Assembly (NCBI GenBank): GCA_040954595.2
Contig: CM082598.2
Coordinates: 1,550,001-1,614,000 of the forward strand
Source: Balanoglossus misakiensis
Taxonomy: Eukaryota; Animalia; Hemichordata
Reading direction: 5' to 3'
Length of the DNA stretch: 64,000 bases
Under the pieces are notes generated by a model. That model saw only the letters and a list, made by a program, of their open reading frames with translations. It searched no databases and had not been told where the DNA came from. The translations under genes and the position numbers were made by a program. Positions 48,601-62,170 of the stretch are shown piece after piece. Each line of letters opens with the position of its first letter. Within the stretch, counting starts at the first letter, position 1.

Positions 48601-51600
48601 TCTTGCAACATTGTATTTCTTAGTGTGTCTATCACTCTTGATACTTGCAAGATTGTCTTCACTGCTGCATCTATGACTTTCCGCGTCACCATTCTCACAC
48701 TCATTTTCCGCAAGACCCTGATTTCCATTCACTTCATTTGCAGGTTTTTCACAGACAAGCTCATCCTCTTCATTGAGTACCTTGAAAGTTATCCCACTAA
48801 CACTGCCATCAGAATTTGTTTCAGTTTCCTTGGCATCTGCTATGTTCTCCTTCTCATCCCTGTCTCCCATCTCGCCTTCTACTTCCATGGGATTCTCATT
48901 AACCACTTCATCAATGATTTCTGGTTTAATACCAAGCGGTAACACAAGATCATCTTCGATACTCGGGATAGGAGAGGTAGCGTCTGCATCTAGCAACCAG
49001 TCCATCATCCACTGGGAACACCCAACATCATGGCTTCTGTCAATATCAATTAATTCTTCAAGTTCATTGTGTAATGGTAATCCTGCTTCCTTTAGAGTGA
49101 CATCACCTTCTTTCTCGTCATTTTTACTCAAATCTGTTCCGTTATCATTACCCTCTGCCTTGATCTCTCGTTTGATTTTTATATCAACTGTATTAATCCC
49201 CATGTCACTTTCAAGTCCATGACAGACATTGGGCATGTTTACTTTCACTTCTTCTCCATCAACTTCATTCTCATTACTGTCACTCAATTCTGTCTTTCGT
49301 TCATCTGGTTTTTCAGACTCAGTCTTGCTGGCTTTGATTTTGACATCAACTGCACTAATCTCCCTCTTCTTCTCATCTTTGCAGCTGTCCTTGTTCTGTA
49401 TTTTGTTATGTTTCTTCTGTAAATGCTTTCTTGGCTTTTCAGTTTCATTTCTCGTACCATCATCTCCAGAGTCACTATCATCAACAATTACATAGGACCT
49501 TTTATGCTTGACAGCACGTTTTCTCTTTGATATTTTACTAGAGTTTGCCGACTTTTCCATTTCATTTTTTTCTGTTCTACTTTCAACAGTGCCATCAGCA
49601 ACTTCCTCTTCATCACTGGATGAATATAACAGCCTTTTGTATTTTTTGTGTTGTTTTCCTTTGTCTTGTTTGTCGTTCTTGGGAGTTTTGATTGGTACTT
49701 CATCGGACACCCTGCCTTCGATTTCTTTCTGGTCTTTTTCACCCTTTTGGGGAGCTCTCCATTTTAGTCTCTCGCTGATCACCACAGTTGTATCAGACAA
49801 ACCCACATCTTCACATTTTGTAACTTTCAACAATCTTGTAGGTGTGGTTCCTCCTTCTGCCTTATCGTTAGTGTCTCTCTTGGCTTTCATTTTCTCAGAT
49901 CTTTCTTGTTTGCTGTCTGATTTTTTCAGAATTTTTTCTCTCTTCTCTGGACTTAATTCCTTGTTGCACTCCACTGTATTCTTGCCAACATCGGAATGTG
50001 TTCCCTTCGTTGTTTTGTCAAAAGTATCTTCTTCGTATACCCACCACAAACCACCACCTGAGTTCATTTTAACAGATGTTGTTTGCTCTTGCTCATTTTC
50101 CAATGTTTTGTGCACACTGTGATCCCTAGTCCCCTTGGTCACTTGCTCAGAATTATATTTTTGCCGCCATCTTCTAACACATTCCAGTTTTATTTTCTTC
50201 GGATTTATCTTTGCAATATCATCCAGCTCTATTTTTAATTGTCTTTTGCCAAGTATTTTCGACAAGTTCTTGTACTGCTTCTTCTTCTTATGAAGAGACT
50301 TTTCATCAGAATCTCTGTGTCGTCTCTTTCCTTGATTGCTTCTCTCAGTAGCAGGATCCTCAAGACCTTCCCGCGGGTCAAAGTTCCTAGACTTCTTAGA
50401 AACTTTGCATGGGCTATCTCCACCTGCTTCTGTAGCTTTCTCACTGTGCTCCAGCAACACCTTATCAACATCTGATGACCTACTTTTTGTTTCCCTGATC
50501 TTAGTTTCTTGGCTTCTGTTCTTGCCGAGTTTACCTTCCACATCCGTGTGGGACATCTTCCTAACATGACAGCTTTCCACACGGTCAACAATATCCACCT
50601 CTGGTTTCTTATCCTTATCTCTGTCAGAAACAACTCCAGTCTTCACATTATGGATGCTGTCAACACTCACTTCACCCCTGGCTTCATTCTTCCCAGCACG
50701 GCTCGAACACGTATCTCTTTCATGATCCCGTCCAACAACCACTACATGTTCCTCTGTCCGACTACTTTTATCCGCCAACCCTTTCCTTTCTTCTGCTCCT
50801 CTCTTACCGTCCGACACTCTACTCTTCGACTTCTTCAATTTATTTCCCAATGAACCACTGTGACTTGAACCGCCATGCTGAACTGCTACACTTAACTTTT
50901 TGGAGCTCTTGCCTTTTGCCATTTTTTCCCTGGACAGCCGGTCCTCTTTCTGGAGTTTACACGACAAATCTGAATTCTGTGCGGACTTGTTCCCATCATT
51001 AGCCACAAATTTCCGACCAACGCTTCGACCTACACATTGTGTCTCCACTTTGACAGCACTTGTTGTCTGTTTTTCAGATGTTGAAATCTTCCTTGAAACA
51101 ACCTTCACTTTATTCATATCCAATCCTTGTGTTTGCTTGTGTGTTTGGCCAGGACTTGTGGCACTCTTTGGGGCTGTCAACTTTGCTGTACTTGTCTTTT
51201 CATCCCTGAATTCCTCGTCTTCACACAAGATTTCTGTCACTTTGTTGGATGCATCACAGCCCTGTACTTTGTCACTGTGATTTTTCTCAGTCAAGTGTTC
51301 AAGTCTTCCACTAGACGGCAATGCAGATTTGTTGCTACTGCCACACAGCAATGAAATCCTGTCGTCTTTATCAGTTGCGGACAAAGTAGTTCTGTTCATA
51401 CTACAAACTGTCTTGTCACTGTCTGTTGCTGGCAAAACCTTTTTGCTAGCATCATCTGCTAACAAATGCTTGTTGCTACTGTCAGATGGAGAGGCACTCT
51501 TATTGGCTGTGGGTGACAGCTTCTTTGAAGATGGCAGCTTGTTGCTAGAGTCACTCTTGTCTGAAGCATCACTTGCAGATGACAGCTTGTTTGCAGATGG

Positions 51601-54600
51601 CAGCCTGTTGCTATTGTCACTTCCAGATGAAACCTCGGTAGTTTGCTTACTTGCAGATGAAATATTGGCTGAAGAGGCAACCTTGTCAGTAGTCCCAGTT
51701 GCAGGAATACCAGCTTGACCAGTATCTTCTTTCAGAGTTGATTGTCCTATCTCCTTAAAAGGCTGTAGAGCATTGCATGTTTCTTGGAAGTAAAACTTGT
51801 GAAAAAGATGTTTGGGTAAGCTGATATGATGTTCGTAGCTCTGAAATACAGACGTACAAACCATATGGTTAATGAAGAAAAGTCACTGTCATAGTCCCTA
51901 ATGTATTATAGTATAAGAAAATGCTGGTGGAAATCGTGGTTGGCAACAATATCATGTGATAACTCAGGATAATGAAAAACATACCAGCTGAGTCACAAAG
52001 TGTAGAAAATCACATACTTTCAAAAATAAGACCATATACTGCTTTAAAACAAACTGTATGAGGATATTTTGGAGGTTGAAATATTTACTTACTATTTTTG
52101 ATAGATGGGTTTCTTCACAAACTAAACACAGCCACTGGTTTCGTTCATTGGCTTCAAATTCTACTTTTTCTTCATGGTCCTGTCAAACAATTAAGTTGTA
52201 GATAAATTGAGTTTTACATAGAATAGTCTGTTCAATTACCAAAACACAAATTTCCATTCAAACACGCACATGTATATACATACATATACATGCATACATA
52301 CACGCACTCTGCTTTCTGGGTAAAGTGCTCCGCAAAAAAAGCATAAACAAAATCAAAAACCCACCTTCACAATATACAGAATGGGCCTGTAATCTTCTCT
52401 ATCTATGGCTCTTGTCACCTTGGTGATGACGTCTGACATATGACATATCCCATAGTGCTGTGCAGCATAAGCTAAGCGATGTTCCTCAAATTCCTGAACG
52501 CCAATACAGAACATGTACTCATGTCATTTTTATATCACAAAATCTAACACTGCTCTGAAAGTTTAATCTGCATTATCTATAGTTCACTATCAAAGAAAAC
52601 CAGCACATTTTCCAAGAAAATAATGATGAAAACATACCTCTTTGTTCTTGTGTTTGGTCTCACACATATAGCAGTATAAGTTTTCATTGTCATTCTCATC
52701 AGATTTCATTTTGTTTTTCATATTTTCCTATAAAAACAATACATAATGAAAGCAAGTCATCAAAACAGGAAACTTATGTCTATTCATCATAAAGAAGCAA
52801 CCATTCATGTAGCTAACAAATGGCTAAAATCACTCCATGGTATACAAATAATCCCACAAAGGATTAAACCCTTTCACCCCCAGTTCCCAGTATAGAGGTC
52901 CAACTTGACAATAGAAATGAATGGATTTGGACCAAACCATGGTGGTGGAAGGTACTCACAGCTAACTTTAACGCAGTTTGGTTCCTCTTCTGTGACAGAT
53001 CACACATCAAATTTTTCATCTTAGCAACCCTTCTGAGATAACTTAGAGCATCATGATGACTTTTACATGCAAAATGCTCAGCTCTTTTCTGTGAAATTAA
53101 GAAAGAAATATAGATATGTCTCATTTAAACTTATCTATGAACTGTCAGTTCGCAGATATATGTTCTTAACAAACATGCACCCTCTATGGTCAGATTAACA
53201 TAAAAACGGACATTCGAGTGGTTCGAAAACTCAAGGATTTTTAATTCTTGTCACATGGGGGAGCTGCCAGCAAAAACAGTTGTATTCACTACCTAAACAT
53301 GAGAAATAGAATAAGTTGTAGAAAAATTGTACAGTTAGACTACAACCAATGGTGAGCATGTTGTAAAGGTATTCTATAATTTACTCTAGGCTCTGATAAA
53401 TCATTTTTTTGTTCTTTTTTAAATACTTACAATATGGGAATCCACCGGAACCATGCATATCAAACAGTGAAATCCTGCAGGATTTGTCGAGGAAACCTGC
53501 AATTTCAGCCTTTCTTCTACGGAAAAGTTCTGGAAAACATCAAAATGTTAGCAACATTAAACATGATGCATCAAAGTAATAAACAAGTAAACTGAGCTGT
53601 TGTTTGTTTCCGTGGGAATTGAATGGAATTAAACTCGGTCCAATGACCAGTGGTAATAATTTTAAAGTGTCTTGTGTGGAACGTTGCAAAACATTTCATG
53701 TATAGACTACCTTGATTTCGTGTTTGCTTGCATCCACTTGTGTAGGATTAACACGGCCAACTTTTGCCCATGCGACTGGTCTGTGAATCAAATTCAGTTT
53801 TCTGTCTTTGTGTTGGGCTGTTCCAAAATGTTGTGAAAGTTTCTGTAAACATGAATGTGAAAAAAGCTTGGCGTAAAGTACGGCTAAACACCACTTAAGA
53901 CAAAATAACACACCAGACCCCCTGAATTTCAATGTTTATCGTTATACACAGAATCAAACACAACCATGCACGAATATGTGCTAACTGCACAAAAGGTGAA
54001 TCCAGTTCCAAAACAATAAGCACTTACTTTGTATTCATCGAATTCTATATCACATATAGAGCACAAGCATTTGTCAGAAGATTCATACACATAACCTTCC
54101 ACTTTCAGTTTTTCTTGGCTTGTCATCTACAGAGAAAGACATAAAATTACTAGAACTGAAATATAACCTCCACCCGGTGGAAAACAAAGAATTTTGCTAA
54201 ACACATGCATGTTAGTGAATCCACGAGTTTGACTACTTTGCTACAGTTCCTTAGAAGGACACTGTTTGAAATGCACTCATAATGGTCACCTTCATTTGTA
54301 CTGTGATATTTGCTACCAATATAAATGAATCAACTTGTAACTTACTGGGATGTTTTTGCCAATCTTTTTACGATTGTATCGCAGTTGATGTCCTCTGCTC
54401 ATAACGTGGTCTTTCAAACTCTGAAAAGAAAAAATTGTCACATTCAAAGTCAAAGCTCCATTAGCTGTAACTTTTAGCAAGGTTTTTCAGTATCTGTTTT
54501 GTGTATCTACAGCAGTTTCTTGTTCAAATCTCTGAAGCATGATGAAATGCCCAGCAGCCAGCGTATTAACACAGCCTATGTGTTTCTGAATGCACTCACG

Positions 54601-57600
54601 GAATATGTCATACCACACACACACAGAGTGAGAATTAACATGTACTGTACATGTACATACCTTTACATTGTTAAATGAACGCCAGCATACTTGACAACAG
54701 TAAGATTCTTTCTTTCGGACGAGTGCATCTTTGGATTCCTGCTTCCTCATCTCGTTCTTCACTGACTGACTTTGCTCCTTCTCATCACTTTTCAACTTCC
54801 GATCTTCATCCTGACTCAGCCTTCTGTGATTTCCACAGGCGTTAGTCTGTCTATCACTGTGTCTATCACCGTGTCTGTTACTCTGTTTGGCAGGGGATTT
54901 CTCCCTTGAAGTGTCTCTCCTGTCTTTAGATTTCCACTTCTGTTTCCCAATAGTTCGTTCACCACAAAGTCCCCGGTCTTCATTGAACTCTTGCTCAGGT
55001 TGACTTTGATCTGGTAAACCTGTGATGTCACTGGCGCTCTGATTGGCCAAGTTGGGTGCTGTCCAAGATTTGCTACTTGATAATTGGCTGTGATTGGCCA
55101 AGCCAGATGCTGTCCAAGATTTGCTACTTGACACTTGTCTGTGATTGGCCAAGCTAGATGCTGTCTGAGATTTTCTGCTTGATAATTGGCTGGAATTCAG
55201 CGTCTGAGTCGTATCACAAGGGCTCATATCATGAGTCGGTAAAACTTGAGTGCTTGGAAAGCCAGCTGTTCCAACTGGTCCACTGATCTGCGACAGTGAA
55301 CTTTTCAATTCATTGAGTCTTCTCTGGTTCCGCAACACCCGAATCTGCGCTGACACATCTGCATGTATCCGCTGGTATTCCTGTGCCTTTTTGGCCTCCA
55401 AATTTCCAGCCTGCATTCTCATTTCGATTAGCGTTTGAAACTGTTGCACTGCGGCGAGCTGTTCATTTAAAGCTTGATTCTCAGCAACGGATTCATTGTT
55501 TGTTTGCTGTAGTAACAGCGAGTTTGATTTCTGCTGAGCTACAGCAAGCAGGCGTTGCTGTAAAAGGACTTCCTCCCCTTGCTGTTGTTGTTTCTGCTGT
55601 TGTTGTTGTCCACTATGTACTTTACCAAGAGCTGCACTTACATTTGGCTTGGTTTTCACCCCATGCTCTCTTTGGTCGGATATTACACAATTATCCAATT
55701 CAGCATCACTCTTACTCTCAACTTGACCAGTACGTTTGGCATCAAAGTCATCTTCCTTGTGTACACGTGTGGACCCTACACCAGCACCCTGATCATTATT
55801 GCCAGCAAATTTGGGACCAATCACTTCCAAGTTCTCAGCAGATTTAGCACCAGTTCCTTTCAGATTCTTTGAAAGAGCAGATGTCATTTGCCTTTCAATC
55901 GAATGAATTTTGTCACTGCTGTCATCAGATTTGCATGAACCTTTGGGTGAGGAGTTGTCACTTATGCTGTATGAATCCAGTTTCCAAGGCAACTTTGAAC
56001 AGTTACCAGACTCACTTTGCTGACTTGGTGTTTCACTCGCAATGCTGAAATCTCCCAGCATGATATCCTGGAGATTCTGCATCACTGTTGACGTTTTATG
56101 ATCACGACCAAGAGGAGATTCCGCAGAGGTGTTCGAGGGAGTTTTCCTGTCAGCTTCCCCCGTAGCATTCTGCGTTGCTGCGTCATGATGCGTTTCAATT
56201 TCCTTTGGTGCAGTTTTCTGTTGCTTAAACACAGGTACCTTGTCTTTCATATATCGGCCGTGCACAGATATCAACTCAGGCTTTGAAGTTTCCACATCAT
56301 TGCCCTTTGCAGATTTCACTCTGTTGCACTGTGGCGATTTCACGGCATGGTCCTCTGGTGATTTCAAATCAAGGCCAAAAGGAGAGCACACACCACTATT
56401 CTCTGAATCTGTTTCTTTCATCAACTCAGCACTGTCAACCCTTCTGTCATCTGGTGGTACTCCAGACATACAAGAAGATCTTTGCTTTTCAACAGAAGTT
56501 TCATTTTTTTGCTTTTGTGGTGGCGAAGTCGTTACTTTCTTGTCCCTTTGTGAATCAGAGGTCTGAGACTCCGACAAAATACTGGATATAGTATCATGCA
56601 ATTCTTTCAGTTGTTCATGTGTGTCAAGATCCGCCACGCCTTCATTGATCTGATCCGTCACAAGTTTTCTCATTTCACGCAAGATGAGAAGTCTCTCTAT
56701 CGCTTGTCCGCTTGGCAAACACGTGTCCAGTAGAAGCACTTGTTCTTTAACAAAGGCGAGGAAATCTTTACTGCTCAAAACTTTCTGCTCGTCACTTTCA
56801 GTTGTGGGTCTCTGGGTTGATTCGTTGCATTGTTTTTCACTGTTCTTTGGCGTGGGTTTCTGGTGCTCAGCCGGTGATGCATCAGAATTGAGTATCTTTT
56901 CAAGTGTTTGTGAAACATCGCCGGGGTTGTGTGTGTTTTCTGGTGGCGGCGGTGGTGGTGGTGGTTCCCTTGGTGGACTTGAGGGAGGCAGAGGAGGTGG
57001 TATTTGTTGGGGCTGTTGTGGCAACGGTGGTGGTGGGGGTGGTGGTGTGATGGTGGACTCGGGTGGTGGGGGTGGGGGTGGCAGTGAGGTGGTTGTTGAT
57101 TTGCAGGGTGGGGGTGGTAGTGGTACAATGGTTAGTTTGGGTGGTGAGGGTTTGGGTGATAGCAGTGTGGTGGTTGAATTGAATTGTGATTTTGAGGTGG
57201 TTGGTTGGGGAGGTGGTGGTAGTGGTGGGGGTGGGGGTGGAGGTGGGGGTGATGTCGATAGTGGTGGCGGTGGTGGTGGCGGTGATGGTAACGATGAAGG
57301 TAGAGGTGGTTGAAAAATGCTTCGAAACCTTGGACGAGTTTTTGGCTCTTCAGTATGTAGAAGCACAGGGTGTGGCAACACAGATACCTGTGATAGTTTT
57401 CCTTGTGGCTTGCATATACTTGTGGAGTGTACAGAGTTCGCTGACAACGCAGACTGAGAGCCAGATGGTGTCGTAACTTGATGATGGATTATCCCTCGGC
57501 CCCGCTGGGCTATTTCCAGCAACTGCTGCGCTTGATTCTTCGAGGGATCTTTTTTACTCATAGCATTCTCGTACATCATTTGCAGCAAGTGGTGCCCAAA

Positions 57601-57660
57601 CTCTTCAACCATATCATCATCATTCTCCAGGGATCCTCCTGAACTGTTCTCTGTTTCCAT
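45647..57660 (-). CDS. Large nuclear protein with six matrin/U1-type C2H2 zinc fingers (MATR3/CIZ1/ZNF638-like C-terminal finger), ~2996 aa
   Basis: Exons 54661-57660, 54346-54420, 54028-54126, 53711-53842, 53431-53529, 52960-53088, 52638-52727, 52365-52493, 52093-52179, 46845-51840, 46274-46389 and 45647-45685 (8991 nt, in frame). Example fingers: CQVCWRSFNNVKSLKDHVMSRGH and the terminal GTDFIRPGFYCLVCQK...LHCKSKTH. Also poly-Pro, poly-Gln, and Lys-rich and acidic tracts. Confidence 0.8.
47000..47447 (-). repeat. Coding 240-bp (80 aa) duplication; 60-bp x3 coding repeat also at ~55030-55190
   Basis: EIKALSNSG-SDSESEETSTVER...DNAD-EF occurs twice; QLSS-KS-TA--LAN occurs three times. Confidence 0.9.
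47990..48670 (-). repeat. Coding minisatellite, 123-bp unit (41 aa), ~5.5 copies
   Basis: The unit NVASVETDGDSSEDIVASIKRDRHTKKHNVARDRRHRPRSRD is repeated inside the giant exon. Confidence 0.95.
52864..52953. mobile_element. ~90-bp piggyBac-like MITE, copy 2 (inverted, intronic)
   Basis: TTAAACCCTTTCACCCCCAGTTCCC...AACCATGGTGGT aligns with the reverse complement of 45500-45590. Confidence 0.55.
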
Positions 57661-59494
57661 TATGTCAATCTCACTTCATGTAGATTTGTTGTAGTCGTTG
57701 GGGCCAGTTTCTCACCTGTGAACATTATTACAAATGCGGTGATGAAGATAAATTTCTGCAAGATGAGCTAAAATCCACTCGGAAAGGCATATAAAATGTA
57801 CTCATTTATCTATTTGTTTAAGTACGGGGCTTATTTTAATGTTATAATGCACAAGGAAATTTTAAAATATTTTTTTTAAAGTCAGCATGACTGATTTTAT
57901 TGCTCCTTTATATGAGTGAAGCAATGTTCATATATGTACAAACTAACACCTGGTTTGCTTCTAAAACAATGATGCATGTTCTGGTCCTATGAACTGCCAT
58001 CTCTATGGCAACCCTGTGTACATGTGTAAGGTCATGACCTTGCACTTTAATTCTTTGCAAAATTCATACACTATTGAGGTGTTTATAAATAGAACATACG
58101 TCAAAGGAAGATGGGGTTGATAATGGTGAATGATGAGAGTGTGGTGGTGTTTTCATTTTCAGATATGAGTAAATTCGACAGGAACTTGAAATCCATCAAT
58201 TTTCGATTCTGAGAGTGCACATCATTAGTGACCATGTCAATATTGAAAACGCTCGGAAGAAGTCCGCGGGCGAGGTCACAGCTCATACTATTCAACCATT
58301 CAGCGTCCGCCATAAACCCAGTGACCATTGCACGATTAAAAACCCACTGTTCAACTCTATAACTGCCGATATCGTTTTAAGTGGTACATAACGTGATGTA
58401 GGTCCCCAGAAATGTGCATACATGTTTCTCAAACTTGATATTATTGCTGCACCTCGCCCATGCCTCTACTCAGGCTACGTATTTTTCAGTCATTGTTACT
58501 ATTGCATTGACATATTTAATAATTATAAAACACCATACCTGTTGTCTATATTTCCCCACAGTAGTCTTTCTGTAGAAAAATCTGCCAAATATTTGTATAT
58601 CGTCGCCTACTTTATTTCATTTACTGACGCCATTATATAGTGTGACCGTTGGTTATTTGTTATCTCCAACGGAAAGAACTTCCTTGAAATGATTCTCAGT
58701 GCTGTGAGTTTTAATATATTTTACACTGATACAGGTCTAAGCTTTGCCTTTAAGACCCTAAACTCATTTCGTTTAAATAAGGGATGGGTCATTTGTTATC
58801 TGAAGGATGGAAAGCCAGTACATGCTACACCAACTCAAACTTGAAACAGGCCTATGTCACGGTCCAGGGTGCCTATAGTGAGATTTTGCACAAAACCAGT
58901 ACAGTAAATTTATTTCCGACAGGTGACAACGAGGCACTGGGCTCAAAATTCCCTTTTTGCACCATTCAGTGCCATTAATCCCTAAACTGCGCCAAAAACA
59001 AGGTCATTTTGTGCAGTTGCTAAATTTTCGTGCTGGCCAGTTTAGCGCCCTCAGTGGTGATTTTGGCAAAATTCATGCACTCTTGGAACATGTGCTCTAG
59101 ACAATCTCTCTCTCTCTCTCTATCCATCCATCCAACCATCCATCCATCCATCCATCCACGATGCAAGAATATGTTATCTCTCAACGATGGGGAAAGGCAT
59201 ATTACCATTATGCCCATTAGATTTCACTTAAAATTTGACCGTAATGAACACTGCCTCTTAGTAACCTCGGTTGCCATGAGACTAAAATTATCTTGGCAAC
59301 AATGCAAATATTCTGCAAATGAAATGATATTTAAAGAGAATCACTATTACTAGTCTATGGTATGGACGTAAAATTATCAGAGATGTTAATGGGAAGTGAA
59401 GGGCGCGCGATTTGATACCAACTCTCGTTTTTTGTTATATATAGCAACAATAATGTAAATACAAACAATACGCAATCAGTAATCACCTTCATCA

Positions 59495-59610
59495 TGATCA
59501 TGATTACCATCATCATAATCAACAACGACGACGACGACGACGACAACAACAACAACAACAAATACTTCTACTAATAATAATATTAATGATGATGATGATG
59601 ATGATAATAT
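59495..59610. repeat. Compound trinucleotide microsatellite (ATC/GAC/AAC/GAT); (CT)n(ATCC)n at 59105-59157
   Basis: Direct reading. Confidence 0.9.
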
Positions 59611-59656
59611 TGGCAGGTGTAAGTTCTAAATAGATCGTTTCCTGCCTGTTATGTCT

Positions 59657-60675
59657 GTTACCATGGAAAGTGGTATGACGTCACTTCATGCTCGACTAGA
59701 CAAATGAACGTGACCAGAAAGGGCAAACTTACGTCGGAGAGAAAGTACATTTTCACCATGCTTAGCTTGTTGCCATGGTAACAGTGTATTGACGTCGACA
59801 CCTACAGGTCGTGTTGCAGTAAAAACAAATATATTTAAACGCAGTATTGTAATTTATTGGAAGATGTTCAAAACGCTGCTTTAAAAATATATATTTCAAT
59901 TTATATCCATGTACATACAATTTAATTAATATCTTGTTGGTTTAGGCTGCTTAAAAACATTTCCAATTATGCGACTCGACACGAGACCGTGAACTTTGGA
60001 TAAAATACCACTATTTTCAGGACAGTCATTTGTTACTGTCAAATTTCAAGTGTAAGAGAGATAAATTATCCACACTTGCAGTGAATCAAGTTTTCATACA
60101 CCTGTAGCGAGATGGGGGGTATGTGGTTCATTTCTGTTGAAAAAATGGTGTGAAGTAGTTTTAATGGGTGTGAATTGGATAGCTACACGTCCCATTGTTC
60201 ATTCAAGAAATAAGACAGTTAAATACTTCTAAGATGTTCAGCTATTTTAAGTGAAGAAACCGGCTAATATGACAGAATACATTTATCAATGGCGGGCTCT
60301 GGGTCGACGAAACACCGGTTGTATGTTTCTCAATGTTTTGAGTTCGTTTACATCATGAAACCGACGCGTTGTCCAATAACAGACGCGCGAGTGAATCACA
60401 TGGACGCGGATCGATCCTAATCGTTTGTGGACAATAGCGCAGCCTCCTTGGCCAATAGGCAACAGAAGAAAATGTCATGTGACGTAAATGGGCGTGATGT
60501 TCTATTGTGTCAGACGCGATAAATTCTGTCAATCAAACATTGGCTAGATACCGTCTTGTATATCTTAGTTACTGTTTCGCGGAGTCGCAAACTCCCAGAC
60601 TGCTACACTTGTCATCAAGCGAGAACGCCTTAAATTTGGTCTCTCGAACTCTGCTGCATTTTCAGCGTATTTTAG
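59657..60675. promoter_or_regulatory. Putative bidirectional promoter between the zinc-finger gene and ODF3, with X-boxes, CRE and CCAAT motifs
   Basis: GTTGCCATGGTAAC 59769-59782, GTTACCATGGAAAG 59657-59670, TGACGTCA 59676-59683, and CCAAT at ~60373 and ~60452. Minus-strand donor GTAAGT at 59727-59732 and plus-strand donor GTGAGT at 60676. Confidence 0.55.
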
Positions 60676-62170
60676 GTGAGTATCTTATCTTTGACGGATC
60701 GGGTGTAGATAATTTAACACAGGGACTATGCATGCTCTTTTCGAAGCGTTTTGTTCGACGATTTCGACTCTAAAATTGCAAATCAATGCTGAAGGTTTTT
60801 GGTTGCTCATTATGGCCTGCAGCGTGAGATCGAGACGCCATTGCGATTCTAGATTATTCACAAACTTATTAACGTCCTATCGTCGGTAACTAGGCTTAGA
60901 CAACGCAACTGCTGAAGGCCAGGAGTAGGGGAAACGCGACTACTGCGACTTAACATTTTGTTGGTGTGTCGATGTTTTTATTTCTTAAAACTGGCTTCCA
61001 GCAGTGGCTTAGAATCTTGGTGTTGCTAAAAGGTTAGGTGACCTACCAAAACATGCAAATTAAACCACAATGAATGGTTGCTAAGGCCGACCAAAGGGCG
61101 ATTTCGTAGCGTTGTTTTACCTTTGTGCAGTTTAATATTTTAGATTTTCAAAATAATGTTTTAAATTGTAAACATTCTTGATCTTGAATTTTTGAAATCG
61201 ACACAAATACAGTCCAGATTTTTAAGCGCGATTGTATGTATGTTTCACAATAGCAACTGACAATATACGTCTCTATACATTGTTGATTTCACATCAGGTG
61301 GATAGACGTCTTGGCGTTCTTGCTATGAAAGGTACCCGCAGTTTACTCACCAAGTATATATTTTCCCAATGATCTCTCTTACACTTAATAAAAGGGCTAG
61401 ATTTCTGGGGTGTCAAGAAATGTAATGTGCTGTGATATTGAAGGGCACGCTCCGTTGCCCAGTTGGATAAACATGAACAAACACACATTGTATGCGAAGA
61501 CGCTGATCGACCAGCACGACTCCGAGCTTTCCGTCAGTCTTTCAGGCACAGGGAGATTGGGGAATAAACGCCAAGCTGTGCTAATTGAATGTTTATTTGG
61601 GTTTTAAATCGTTGATACGAATGTTTTTGGTTCTGATGATGAGTTTTAGTCAACGAGTCAGCATCGCAACAGTCGATATCTTGTGTTTGTGTCGATTGCT
61701 AGCGTCTTGTGTTTGTTTTGCCCACCGGCGAGTGAGTCTACTGCCAACTCAAATGTCGTTTGAAATTTCCCAAATCTCTTGTAATCCACAACATCTCCAA
61801 GGATAGTACGTCACCAACACGAAACCAAGAAACCATCTACAACCAAAACACAGACAGATTTTATCCTTAAGATATTTTGTCTAAAGCTTAAGAACCAGAT
61901 GCTTCTGGGTTGTCAGGAAACCGTTTATGACTAATGCATAATCTTCAGAGAAATCAACGAAAATGGATATAAATTTGGGAAAAATGTTTCAAACAGCTAA
62001 ATGTGTTCCATGTATGGTAAATTTACAGGAAGTGAAAAAATATGTGTGAATTAATAGTTGTCAACTTATAAGGAGAATATGTCATATGTTAGAATATTGA
62101 TTTTTGAAATTATTTTTGTAGTAAATTGTTCACTTTCTGAATTGTTTTCAGCTCTCTAGACGAAACCAAA

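Noticed and set aside
47929-51718. Long plus-strand hydrophobic ORFs
   Set aside because: Antisense shadows of the low-complexity giant exon, with no independent splice or domain evidence.
56940-57313. Poly-proline tract suggesting a formin or WASP
   Set aside because: No FH2 or WH2/VCA domain follows; the exon splices into zinc fingers.
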